Origin: Marsupella aquatica
Taxonomy: Eukaryota > Plantae > Marchantiophyta
DNA: 64,000 nt
Direction of reading: 5' to 3'
NCBI GenBank assembly: GCA_973895155.1
Contig: OZ316898.1
Location: forward strand, 19,603,292 to 19,667,291
The notes beneath the pieces are model-generated. The model saw only the letters and a list, made by a program, of their open reading frames with translations. It searched no databases and had not been told where the DNA came from. Positions 24,822 through 37,694 of the stretch are shown here, piece after piece. Both the position numbers and the translations under genes were made by a program. How positions within the stretch are numbered: the stretch's first letter is position 1; every line of letters starts with the position of its first letter.

Positions 24822-25280
24822 GGTCTAGATTTACTTGCTCAAATGAATTCTGCGGGTTGGAGGAGCATGAGATTTGGGTCTAGATTATCTCGACCCTACA
24901 CTGAACAGTTACGATGTGAGTTGTAGATATACATATTCTTACTAGAAAAAAGAGTGAAGCTATGCGTACCATCCACTTGGGTCTAGATGCTGTTGATCCT
25001 CTTTTACTTGTAGATATGTTCTCAGAAAAAGGTTATTTGGGTCTCGACCCTATACAAAGAGAATAGCTAGAGATATAGATTCAACAACGGGTCAAAATTA
25101 TGTGGACCCTACATTTGGGTTGAGATAATCTCGACATAGATTTTTACATAGTAATTGATATACATTCAACAACCGGTCAAAACCATCTAGAGCCTGCATT
25201 GGGGCAGACGTGATCTCGACCCTGTAAAAATAGGTTTTGTACTTTTATAATACATCACCGGTTTACCTTCCCTGTTTGTG
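24822..25280. mobile_element. Terminal remnant of a second CACTA-like element
   Basis: Repeated TGGGTCTAGAT and TCTCGACCCT motifs in both orientations, ending ...CCCTGTTTGTG (reverse complement CACAAAC). Confidence 0.45.
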
Positions 25281-25599
25281 TAACTTGGTTATCACGGGTC
25301 ATTTGAATTTATTATATTGTAAAACTGATATTGTCTTATTCTATTTTTCATTGTTTATATTGTATATAATAAGAACACTTTAATTATTATCTTTTAATTA
25401 ATAAGTATTTATAATTGATAACTGAATTAATTAATAATTTGGGCATTAGAATTGTAATTTTAGACCTCAAAAATTGTATATTTGGCCACTAAAATGTATG
25501 CTTTTGGGGAACAAGTTATAGAATTTTTGGGGGTAAAATAATAAATTTGAAGGTCAACTTCTGGACTAGAGAAATTCCAGTTTTAATGAATAGGGTGAT

Positions 25600-26073
25600 C
25601 ATCGTGGCCTAGTCTATCCAGACAAACTGCAAGCTGCTTGATGATGGGGGCCTGGCTATGATGAGAATGGTTCTCAAATATGGGGTGAGATTCTATTTTG
25701 TCAACTAAGCCAAAGAATGTGGTTTTGTCCATCCTGGTAAGCTGCCTGCATAGTGTATCAGACAAGTTATGGAAGAATTGGGTAGCAAACTCATCTGACT
25801 TGCTGGTGACATGTCTAGGAACAAAGAACCTGGTGTTGTACATGACAAAGAACGCTCATTAAACCTGATGCAAAATTCACTGCAATTAAATGAAAGCAGA
25901 TATTCTTCGTCTGCTGAACAATATATGACTCAATTGTATGCAATGAGAGTTAAACAATTCGGGCACAAATGTGCTTTACAATTCAGAATTGTGACTGAGT
26001 ACATATTGAAAACAAGATATCCCATCTAGTCGTCTAGGTCAGTATCTTTCAGAGCCTCTATCAAGTCAGCCAT
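25600..26073 (-). pseudogene. PIF/Harbinger transposase, N-terminal fragment
   Basis: CRQLTRMDKTTFFGLVDKIESHPIFENHSHHSQAPIIKQLAVCLDRLGHD fits the Harbinger pre-catalytic HTH region; truncated before the DDE core. Confidence 0.75.
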
Positions 26074-27122
26074 AATTGTTTTGGCACTCTTAGGCTTTGT
26101 GGGAGTGCATTCCCGAAATTCAGACCGTTTTGGTGTACCCTGGCTAGGTGAGTTGCCTATGCTTTTACCTAACTGGACCCCAGGGCTGCTTGTACATCCT
26201 TCATGAACAAATGCCAGGCATACAATGTGCAGCTCCAGGTCCTTAACTGAAAGCCAGACTTGCAGTTTAGGACATTTTTGCAAGACCTTCTGGACTGTGA
26301 CTAACTGCTGAGCTTCACCTAACAGGCTGAATGGCCTTGGCTGGATATTGAGAAGCACAATTGCCTGATCCTAGATTAGAGCTTTCAGTGGCGGGATCCA
26401 ACCGTTAACAGTATCAAACAAAATCAACTGGAATCAAAATTTGAGCTCTCCAGGGGCGGAATGCCCACATTTGTGACCAAATTCCAGGGACCTCTTACAA
26501 GCTACGCCAGGCTCCATGGGCTCGGTGCATGCTGAATAGGTGAACTTCCTTGGGAATGGGCTTCATGCCACATAGTTCCCTGCCTAGACTAGGGAGGGCG
26601 AAAATGACTCGGTTTTGCCACATTGTCTAGCGTACTCCACCTGCGAAAGGGAAGTCCAATCCCCCATTGCCTGGAATGGTAGCGTCAAACAAATGATCCA
26701 TGACGACAATGCATATACAAATAATATTCTTTGCTGAAAAAATTAAGGACTACCTTGGAATATCAGCGCAATCTGAAGCCACCATAAAGCACATCAGCCC
26801 TCTCACGCCGTGCGCCCTGATTCACTCCCTGATGGAGCCGACAATGCAGCGATGTGTGAGTCTATGCTCGGCTGGAACGTGCGCGGAGCTTCGCTGATTC
26901 GAATTCCTGCAGTGTGAAAAGGTCGAGGCCGCTGACTCGACGACTACTCTGCGCGGCGGATCGTTCGTAAACCCTATACGTTTAACCAGGGTTAATTGCG
27001 GTCAGGCGGGGGTTTCATGGCAATTTCCCGTGCGTGACTGGTCGGGCACCAATTGTGGTGCCCCACCAGTCATGTCCGGAGTTCCGGGCACCGATACTCC
27101 CGGGCGCTCAAATATCCCGCCA

Positions 27123-27130
27123 TATATAAG
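27123..27130 (+). promoter_or_regulatory. TATA-box-like motif at the right end of the large insertion
   Basis: TATATAAG after a GC-rich segment, 8 nt before the right direct repeat. Confidence 0.5.
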
Positions 27131-27138
27131 ACGCCCTC

Positions 27139-27176
27139 TTGTAGCTGAAGCTGCAGCGGGCGCAGGCTTGGAGCTG
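27139..27176 (+). repeat. 38-bp direct repeat, right copy
   Basis: TTGTAGCTGAAGCTGCAGCGGGCGCAGGCTTGGAGCTG. Confidence 0.95.
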
Positions 27177-28155
27177 GTGAGCCCGGCGCCATGTTCCTGC
27201 AGGGATCCACTGTCGGATCCAATTCACGGAATCCATCATGGACACGACGTCGTATGGCAAATTCCGTCCCACCGCAAAGCTGTCCTGCTCTTCGCACACG
27301 GATATGGCACGGACGCGTTCGTATACTTCGCTCCAGGACCCAACTGTGAGCAATGCTATGGATTGCCTGAACATCGGACCGTAGTCCTGGAAGCTCTCCG
27401 GAGACGGTATGCTGTCATAGTAGTGTCGGTCGATGCCGCAGATATGGAAGGCGCCGACGCGGCCATTGTGTATACCGTCGTTAAGGAGTGGATGGCAGAG
27501 CACATGTTGGACAGCCTGCCCTTGGCGGTGTGGGGTCATGCTTCAGGGACCTATCTCGCGACGGCTCTAACCCTGAGCCTTCCAATACAGGCGATGGTGC
27601 TCATGTGTGGCGAAGGGATCTTCGAAGTGGAAGAGGTGGCGACCCCGCTAAGTTTTCCACCAACGATCTTCGCGTACATGCCTGTTGATGAATCCGATCG
27701 ATTCTTTGAACCACACAGGAAAGGCCAAATCAGCGATGGCGGTCCTCAGCTTGCTTGGAGTGAAAGTGGCTGACACAGAGCTTTGGCCGAAGCCGCTTTC
27801 CCCGCTCTTCTTCACGGAGCGCATTCTGTGCATGAGCGAGGAGGTGTCACGGGCGATCTATGCGGCTTATGAAGCTGCTGGATGGATAGACGCCAATGGG
27901 TATCTCACGAGAGACCCAAGCCAGGAGGACTGGCAATCCGTGTTACTGAATGCTAAAGCGCTGCCCTTATGCCGGTTTGGGAATCTTTGCCTAGGTGCTC
28001 AAGTGGAGCAGGAGCTGAAGATGGCATTCGCTATGCACTCGTTCACGAGCGATGGTAATGGCGTGATTTTTCCTTGGCTGGACTCGACCATTAGCTCTTC
28101 TTCTAGTGGTGAAGCATCAATTCTTGAATCTCCCGCACTCACTGCAACGATTTGA
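27177..28155 (+). pseudogene. 3' part of a plant alpha/beta-hydrolase-fold gene, intronless and frameshifted
   Basis: VVWQIP..KAVLLFAHG...CEQCYGLPE...LPLAVWGHASG...FPPTIFAYMP, +1 frameshift at about 27685-27720, then PLSPLFFTERI...IDANGYL...VEQELKMAFAMH. Family recognised from recalled motifs, not from a search. Confidence 0.8.
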
Positions 28156-31100
28156 ACATTTCGGATGGTTTGAAAATATTCGTGACTCCTCTTGACCATC
28201 AGATACTCAGGCGATAATATTTATGAACTCCATCTCCCATCTCTTCAGCTCGAGATTTTCCATCATTATGTTGCTACTCAGAATTGAATTTCAATTTACT
28301 TCCCCCTAGCAGAAATTCTTTTCCACCCTCTAGCTCCTAACTGCATCCATTCTCTCGCCATCCTTCCATGTTCCATCTGGACATCTTCGATCACTCTTGT
28401 TGCTGTCATTCCTCGTGCTTCCATTGCCCAACTGTGGAACCATCCCTCTCGTGTAGTTTTGTCCTAATTTGGTTACCATTCGCTCTATCAACTGCTGTTG
28501 TCCTATTGTTCTCCAAAAAGCAAACCTTGCATGATTGTTGCTCCCTGCGTTCTCAACTCCCTGTGCCTCATCCCCCTTAGATTTTGCTTTTTCTGGATTC
28601 AACCTCCGACCCATCTCCCTGCTGACATTATTTGTTTGGTCTAGCTAGTTTCCATGCCCTCGGCTCCTGAATTTCTTTCCTTCTTGTGGCTGAATTTTGT
28701 GTCATTGGCCAAATACTCCTCTTAGTGTTTCATGCGCAAGTGCCTTACTTTTAATTGTCTGGAAATTCTCGTCCATTCTTATTCTTCACTGTTTTGTTCT
28801 AATATTGGTTTTATGCTGTCTTGCTTCGATTGCATTCCTGAGCTCTATATCAAATCAGTCGCACCTCCTTCATCATTCCCCAACATTGGTGTTAACAAAG
28901 TGACTCTGAACTAGATTTTTGCAGTTCCAATCCCTCCTTTGCTGACAAAATCCCTCCTTTACTGACAAAGAGTGAGCGCTCTCGCTCTTTACGGTTCATA
29001 TCTCGTTTGTCATAGTTGTCTTATCTCCCGTTTTTAATTGCTTCATTTCCCTCTGGAATAGGGCTTTCTTCTCGTTCCATCTCCTTCTCTAGGTCAAAAC
29101 TCCCTTAGTTTCGTATCATACAAGAAATTTTGTTTGCGCCAGCGATATTCTATTGATCTCCTCATCTCACCTACAACCTCTCTACACCTGAAGAACCGTC
29201 ATTTTCCCTTCAGTATGCTCGGATTATTCTAGTGCAGCATTTGTGGTTACCTGTAACTGTTCGCTCTTCCAATTTGACTTCTTCAATTGCTTCAGGTATA
29301 TTCTTCTAATGTTGAGTTTGCGTAATCACTACTTAGCAGCACACACATCCAAATAAACACCTACATCCTCCAAATCGAATCACCCACTTATCTCATTTGA
29401 ACAGTTCTTCTATATGAGTTTGTGCCTTTCTATATTTTCCTGACCTTCCCTTTGAGACAACACTCCGGCTCATGAGAGTCCGTCAATAGGGAGCAGCAAT
29501 TTTCTTGGTTTCCTTTGCTGGAGGATGACGAGCTTTTCCTCGGTTCCTCTGTAAGCACGCTGCTTCTCTGCTTCGGTTGTTCCCATCAGATGCTTTATGA
29601 TGGTGCAAACTAAATGTTACTCGGAATCATGCTCCTTTTCCGGCCAGTTTTCAGTATCGGGAATACTCTCTCCGTTTTGTCATTCTCTAGACACAGAAGG
29701 ACAATCGCAATACAATGGGCCAAGAACTCTTGGCGAAATTATGTGGATCTTGTTTCAGCGTCCTATGCGTTTCTTTGGAAATGTTGGCAGCTTTGCTTTC
29801 ACGAAAATGCGTAGCCTGAGGCTTGTTTATAAAATAGAGCCAGAATTGTGACCGATGGGGGGCTTTTCAAGTTGTGTCTCGGGTACTGATGGCGAACGTG
29901 ATGATAATTTGAATCGCAGAAATAGTCATGAAGCCCATGTCACAGGGAAAATTCTTCCAAAATAATGTGTGCCTATTCATTCTTATAACCAAGTTGTTCA
30001 GGCCCTGAGAGCGATCATGGTGTATGTTTACTTTACGTAGACGAAGTTATTTCAAAGCTTCATCTATGATTCGAGAAACGCATGAAGCAAAATTACGTGA
30101 GGGCTAACGGCTGTGGTGTACAAGGTAAGTGATGTCGCCTCTGAAGGGAAAAGGGGCTCTTCAAGCTCTTGGAGTGCTCTAGGTCATGGAACTAGCCGGG
30201 TTAGGACGAGAAAAGCCCTCTTAAGTCGTAGAAAGCACATTCTAAACGGTTGTCAAATTCTCAGGTGGCCTTCCATCGAGGGTCATCCGACTGCCTTCAG
30301 TAGAATTGACGAGTCCTGGTCCAAGGTTCAATTTTCTACTCAGTGCGATTCAGCAAGAGCTTCCAGGTTCCCTTCTAGATATATGACAGATATCAAGTAT
30401 CTCGTTACTGGATAGAACCTCTACAGCCTGTCCTTTTCAGTATTCACATTGTATGAGTACACTTCATTTTATATTCTTAAAATTGAACAACCAACCTTTT
30501 GTTCATTCGGATAATTGTAATCCTTCATAATCCTCTCACAATTAAAATCATCTCGATAATGCAAATTTGGTCTCATCCTTATATTGTGTCAATAGGACTA
30601 AGGTTGCACTGTTTTCCTGTTCTAGCCATCTGTTTTGATTAGTTGGTTCATATGGAATGAGAGTTCATATTCAATTTTGGAAGAATTTCTTAATGGAGTC
30701 ACGACGATTTTATGGTTTTTCTATGCATGACTCGAATAATTGGTGTTTGTTAATGTGCATGAGGAAAGGAACAAACAACTCTGACGAAGACTAAGAATTC
30801 AATTTATTTACTTAGTTATAAAAACAACATAAGAATTGATTCCGGGTAGGTTAATAAACGAGTTAAAAAGTAGACTATGAAATTGAGCAAGTTCATAGCT
30901 TATCCCCTAGTCCTGGCCAGTCTGGATGAGGTTTACTTTTATTTGTTTATAAAGGGAAACCTTGATCCAGAGCAGGTTGAAGACACCCTTGTAGACGTAG
31001 GTAACCAAAACGATGTGGCACTTTCCTCTTCCAAGTAATAGAGCAGAAAATCAAAGAGCTAAGGTAACCTCTAATCTGGAGGTCAATCTTCACTCAAAGA

Positions 31101-33395
31101 AGACTACTACAGTATGTGCTACAGCACTATCTTCCACTCAAAAACAAGGCCTGGGTTCATGCTCCAATTGCACAACAAACAGAACAACAAGGAGAGGGGT
31201 TACTGAGCTCAGTCATGGCCGCTGTTGTGTTGTGATTCTCCTCTGTGCTTGCTATTCAACTATGAGGGGAGCACTACAATTAATTACAGTGAAGCGTGGA
31301 AAGTGCAGGCTGCGTGGAAAGTGCAGGCTACTGTGTACATTCACAGGATATAATTTATGCACATATCCATATGTGCATAGTTTGCACTATCCTGGACACT
31401 ATCTAATATGTGCAAGAGAAATCTCTTATGCATTTTCTCATATGTATTGTCAGGTCACACACATTGGACTCCTCATAACCCAAGCCCTCATTCACCTGCA
31501 TAAGTGTAATATGAAACTATTTGTTGTAGTTGTTTACTCCACTTATCACTAAATGTTTCCTATGTATGCTCTGGAGTACCTTATAAATGCATGTTACGCT
31601 TGTTCACGGAAATGCACCTTTCAGGTGCATTTACAAAGTAATTTGCTGTAATATCCTTGTGGGGAACTGCATGGCCGGCCTACACTTAACCACAGTGCGC
31701 TTATCTGTGGTGCAGTTATCTATTTCTCAGTGTACAACTTTGTCTCGCCCAACTGTAACATGCATTTCTAAATGACTGAGAAAACAAATAACTAAGTAAG
31801 AAAAAGTGTCATCATGTAGATTTCCCTGTCATATGGTTCTGCTTATATAATGTTTTGGCCTTGATGGATGTATCATTGTCATTTGTCCCACAAATTTGCA
31901 GGGCATCAACCTTTTGAAAGACTCTAACTTACTGGATTGAGAGACCATGTGGGGTGAGTCCTCACAAAATATATGCCACTGTGATACAGAGAAGTAGTAG
32001 GGGGGGGGGAACCTCTAAGAAGACTAATTTGAGAAGGCAAATTTTCCTATTTGCTATAGAAGGGAATTGAGTGGTTGCACACACACCCACACCCATAAAA
32101 ATGGAGAATGACGGGAAATGCGTAACAATCATGGAACGTAGAAAATTTGGAGGGGCAGCGGGTTGGTACAGAGTATGCTAAGGCCCTGTCCCAAGTACCT
32201 TGTGGAAATAAGGTCCAAATATAAGAGTGGGCTTAATAGAGTGGGCTTAAGCCCTATGTCAAGAGACTTTCATTCTCGTAAGAACAAGAGTAGTAAGCAT
32301 TTATCGGGGTCTATTTTAACACAGTAACTATGTTTATTTGTTTTTTAAAAAGGAGAAATGTGTGAAACCTCACAGAAAGTGAATAGTTAGTTATAATATT
32401 TGAACCTTAGACTTATGAATCTCTAGACATGCTTATGTGCCAAACTAAATTTTAAACTGGTTCTATTTCTCAGGGCGTTTATGACAGTTGTAAGAATGAT
32501 CTAACAAAATTTCCAAAGCCAGTTGCGCTGCTTGCTCTCGTGCGATTTCAACTTAAATAAAGGAAGAGAGTAAGGGACCATCGCTTCTACTGTAGTGTGG
32601 GACTGGGTTCTCCCTGAGCTGACTCGATCAAAGGTTTGAATTGCTTTGTTTGTTTTGTTTTTTCTCTGGGAACTGTAGGCATAGATTTTCTGCCGCGTTG
32701 AAATCTTTTCTGGATTGCTACAGTCTTGAATTTCTTAGGTTGAGTCCTACAATTATGACGCAGGCATGCCTGGCCACATTCGAAAAGTTTTAGCTATCAT
32801 GGGTCCCTCCCTCCCTTGAATCCTTGAATTGCCCCCCGGCCTACAAAAATGGCCATTCGAGGCAATGTGGGTTTATATTGTATCGTAGATTCCTATCATT
32901 CCAATCATGTCAATGGAGGAAATGAGGAATGGGTCAGAACGGGTCCCAAAGCTTGTATAATCAACAGCGACCATCCCTCCCTATTCTCGTATTCCTTGAT
33001 TAGACTGTGGGACCTCACATTGGCCAGCCTGGATATCTTTTGACAGCAGGCTTGGGACGGATTTGTCAAATCTACTGCAGACTGGACTTGTTCAAGCTAC
33101 AGCACAGCTCGAGGACACTGATTGCACATATTGCAGGTGAAGACACAGCGCGTGCTTTTCTCTGGTCCGTTGATATGTGGAAGAAACGTCGACTCTATCT
33201 TAGTATAATCTTGTACCGTCAAACAAATTAGTCTAGTACAAGCTCTCTGGGATTGATCCTTGTTCTTCTCAACTAGGGGCCAATTTGGGAACATACACCT
33301 CAACTTACCACTTTAGAGGAATGAAAAGTGTTACTTGATGAGATCTGAGGTTTTGGGTAAGTTGATTTAGCTTCCCACTTTACAGAAATTGGTGG

Positions 33396-33522
33396 TTGAT
33401 GGACCCCCAAAATGAAAAGTGCTATTTGATGGGACCCCTAAGGTTTGGGTAAGTTGATTTAAGGTCTATTGGTCACTTAGGGGTCCCATCAAGGAACACT
33501 TTTCCTTTTAGGGGTCCATCAA
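33396..33522. repeat. Imperfect inverted repeat with 47-bp arms (MITE-like remnant)
   Basis: TTGATGGACCCC...TTGATGGGACCCCTAAG pairs with CTTAGGGGTCCCATCAA...GGGGTCCATCAA; part of the left arm also recurs directly at about 33321-33370. Confidence 0.75.
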
Positions 33523-34030
33523 GCATAAACGGGTTTGGCTTCTAAACGGACATCGAGGATGTTCCACTTGAGAACAGCCAAGTTTCACTTACAGATTTAG
33601 TTACTACAGAAGATGCCTGTGTACTATTATCCAATCACACTATTGCAGTGGTCTTCTTCACCTATCATTTGCTTAGTCTGGCGTTTGCATCACCCCTCTT
33701 CATTGGTTGGTGTCGGCCTCCTTGGACCTCTTTCGCTTTTATTCTATAGTACTTTGTTTGGCCCTCTTTTACCTGCCTAGAAATTTGGATTGTAGAGGTG
33801 TATATTGGCAAAAAGCAATCGTCTGCTACCAGCTCTAGCTTGGGAATGATACGTACTTCTCCTTCAATCAAGCAACTTGAAGGTGAACAAAAAGAAATAC
33901 AGAAACATCCCAATGGAGGAAAGAAAACAGGGGAGAATCAGTGCACCAAAAGTACACTTGATCCCGCACTTGATGCCAAATCAGATATCAGAATACACTC
34001 AGCTTCTTTCCACTCTTCTTTTAAGAGATA

Positions 34031-34400
34031 CTAGCCCCGACTACCCGTTCTTTGAACATGAATAGCGGAGAGTACAATAAAAAAATTATCAAAATATATT
34101 TTCTATTCATATTCTTTAAAAATTAATGAAATAATAATATATTATTTTCTTGTATGTGCACATCAGTCTTTTTGTGTGCACATTCATCTTCTATGCACAT
34201 ATGTTGTGGTGGGGCCATAGTGCTTATATTTTTTGAATGTAATAATTAAAAATTATTATAAAAAATTAACATGTACATGCATCATAGTCATGTCATGAGT
34301 TTCTCTCATGAACATGATGACCATAGAGTTACGGTCTAGAGGCTTCACTCTAGACCTAGACTCTTAATCATAGACTTCAGTTTGCGCTTTTATATTAAGA
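34031..34400 (-). mobile_element. Non-autonomous Helitron, family A
   Basis: 5' TC, 3' CTAG, inserted between A and T, decayed GTTC-AAA-GAAC hairpin; homologous to 44297-44744 and 63169-63582. Confidence 0.75.
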
Positions 34401-35329
34401 TATTTTCATTATTTTTAGTGTAATTATTATTATGCCATGTTCTCACAAAATATATGCCACTATGATACAGAGAAGTACTAAAAACACTATGTAGTTATTG
34501 GCCCTTTGCACTTCCTTGGGTTTTGGGTTGTTTTATGCTCTCTGTTTGATACTTTGTTCTTTTGCAGAGTTATATATATATATATGCCCAGTTTGCTAGC
34601 ATAGGACTTAGATCCCCTCTCCTAGTTGAGTACAGTCAGCTCATAATAGGTCTCGTTATGAGCAGTAAGTCATGAATCACTAATATTAAACATAGATAGT
34701 GTAGGTTGTAAAATGGTTAAATCCATATTAAAGGTGACACATTTGTGCCAGTGGCATGACTTTGTAGTAGCTCACTTGAGTAGAGACTGATCGGTCTTGT
34801 GGTCAATTACTGTGGCTGACTCTTCCCTTTTCTTGGGGTTTCACAGATTACCCCTTTAGAAAATAAAAAATAAAAAATTTCTCAATTTAAAAAAGTTGAC
34901 ACATTTGTTGTGGAAGATTGATCTCCAAGAGGGCAAGGAAATTTGGGTAGGGAAACCTTTTACCTACAAAGTGTTTGAATACCAAGGTTTTTGTTGGAAG
35001 CAAAACTTGCACCTCAATGCCAACTTGTATGCAAATGAGTATCTTGCATTGGTGCGGACATTGGTGCTATTCAACAGTGCGCCAAAAACCATGCAATGTA
35101 TATAACATTGCCAAAGAACCCAAGAAGACCCAAGAGCTAGAAAAAGCCCAAGAGTATGTGTCCCAGTGTATTCTGCCTTAGATTGAATTCTGACTCTAGT
35201 CTTGTAGCTTGAGAATTTGGTAGCATGTAGCGAAAAGACCTGATTTTGACAATTGCTTGTGATAACCATGTTGTCAATTAGCCAAAGGGTCCACGAACTA
35301 ATTTTTCAGTTTGACATGCTTTTCTAATC

Positions 35330-35645
35330 TTCTCGATCATATTTATCTCTCCTCAACATCCTTTCCTTGACTCAAGTGCCATCTTTTTCTCACCTAGCCT
35401 CACCATCTTTTCTCACATTGATATCTTTATCTTACCACGATATTTTATTCTCACTTGACATTTATCTCTCAACTTTAATTTTTTTTCTCTCCAGGACAAT
35501 TTTTGTCAACTTGACAGTTTATGTTTTTTTTCATCTTGCTATCATTTTTTCACTTTGACATCTTTCTCTCATCACAATATCATTCTCTTAACCTAGATAT
35601 TTTTTCTCTCCTCTAGATCTTTTCTCCTATCTTTTACTCATCTTT
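35330..35645. repeat. Degenerate pyrimidine-rich minisatellite, units of about 20 bp
   Basis: Recurring TTGACAT(C/T)TTT(C/T)TCTCA-like units; resembles the reverse complement of about 51210-51390. Confidence 0.5.
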
Positions 35646-37694
35646 ACAAAAAAAATATTACTAACTAATTTGCCAGTTAGTCCTGGTACACAACTCCCTT
35701 TTTTATGAGGCAAATATTTGAAATATTAGTAAATTTAAATCCTGTAAAGATGAGGCTACCGTTAGGGAGAAATCTAGGCTCACCATAATTTCCATAGTTC
35801 ATCCTCACTGTTGAGAACTACAGTATTGCACACACGTATAAATATGTACATTGTACAGCTCCAGATAGTAGATCGAGACGGTGCTGATCATGCAGCTAGC
35901 TAGATAGTAAACTTCACGTCAACGGAAATCTTTAGTCCACAGCCTCAGCAATCCATTGTTCGGGTACCACTTCCGCTACGTCGATCAGTTACATACATCA
36001 TCGAGAGGGTTTGAGGCTCAATATGTATAGAAATCTCTATGATCTCACATTCAAGTTCATTACTAGGAATCCGGTTTGATTGTATCGTTATCCACATGTC
36101 CATAATTTCGCTAGTCCATTGTTGGAAACCCGGTTTCATTGTGTACGTACTGATCGGCCACTCCGTGCATGAGCTAGGCAGTGAGACTATGGATATGATG
36201 TAGTCGCGACGAGTGGAAGACAAGCATGATCGACATATCCCTTCAATTTCGAAGGCCATGCATGCTGCGAGAGCTGCAAGGTCGTGCCGTCGGTACCATC
36301 CATCTCTGCAACTGGTCTAGAGGTGAGCATCTGGACTGATCGACTAGAGAGATATTACTTAACCATGCCAGGGCCTTTGCACATATCGTGAAAGATCTGT
36401 TACAAAGTTTGGGAGAGGATTTTAAGATTATTCGATACAGTTTCGCCTTCTCAGCGCTTTAATTTGTGCTATCAGATTCACAATTATATAAGCGAAGTTG
36501 TTGTTGTATTTAACTATCTGAGTCTCTGCTGACAGCCTCCTTGTCAATCATTAAATACTCTCCAACCCTGGATGCTGGGAAGCTAGTATTTCAGTCTGCC
36601 ATGTCAAGCAGTTAGAGTATTATTGCAGTCTCGATTATCGTTAGCTGCACCACTGCCATGAGTTGTTTGGCTTAGTCTACGTAGTATCAGGTGGCATCAT
36701 TTTCCGCATTCGCAGGTTGATCGATAACACAAATCCTTAACGAGGTTCATCTTAAAATCTTGATATATGTGTTTGTCAATTTTGCACATTTCAGGAGTTC
36801 TGTTGGCGTGCGACAGGTAACGATTTCATTGATTCTGTCAACCAGAAGTGACTACGTACATAAATAGGCTCTTCATCGGATCTTGGAGAAGAATTTGAAC
36901 AGCCTCAAAGGAGACTGCTCTCTTGAACGACTTCAATTGTGCTACAGCGCATGACTAACGCTCTTTGTCGACAAGTTGCACTCCAAGCCAGTAGCGGAGT
37001 CGCCGACTCGGTAAGCCGACCATACCAATTCCATTTCTGGGAAGTTTATATTTACCATTACAAACCACACTAACTTTCGAGAAGGAAGCCAGAAAGCAAG
37101 CTTCGGGTTTCCGCACCTTCCTATGCGAATCTCTGAAATCGATGGAGTTGCAGTAGACTCGCGTCCGGGTAGGTACTAATAAATCGACGTGAGAGAGCTT
37201 TGGAAACCAATTATTCAGCCCATCACTTCAATGAAATGGCTTCCAAAGGTCTCCGCAACATGTTACATTAATATTCTCATGATGCATGATGGTCAGAAAT
37301 GACAGCCCTACGTTTCCTATGAAAACATTTAAGTATGGGTGAATATCACTTCAATTGAAGGTGTCTATCTGTTGCTTTTTAAGCCATCTCTCCCTGATGC
37401 AGCGTAGCCGGTCTATATATACTATCACGCACTTTTTCTAGCTACGATCGTAACTTCGTGACTCACAACTTTCACTGGCACCATCGTGCAAGACCTGCCT
37501 GTCAAAGTACATGTCTACGAGACGTCCGACGATATGTTGGGGATTCTCAAGACCAAGAGGAGGGTTCCAACTGCTTTCTATGATTTCAATAGGCTTCCAT
37601 TTGAAGCGTGTCAGCTCAATGCATGAATGTGAGATAATTTGGGAAGCCGTTCGAATTGCAAGAACCTGGAGAATAGACTTTAATTGATTCTAAC

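Noticed and set aside
25293-25597. AT-rich segment bounded by CAC..GTG with AT on both sides
   Set aside because: The ends are not complementary beyond 3 nt, which is too weak to call an element.
28300-31800. Short ORFs possibly from a decayed retroelement
   Set aside because: No diagnostic RT, endonuclease or gag motif found by eye.
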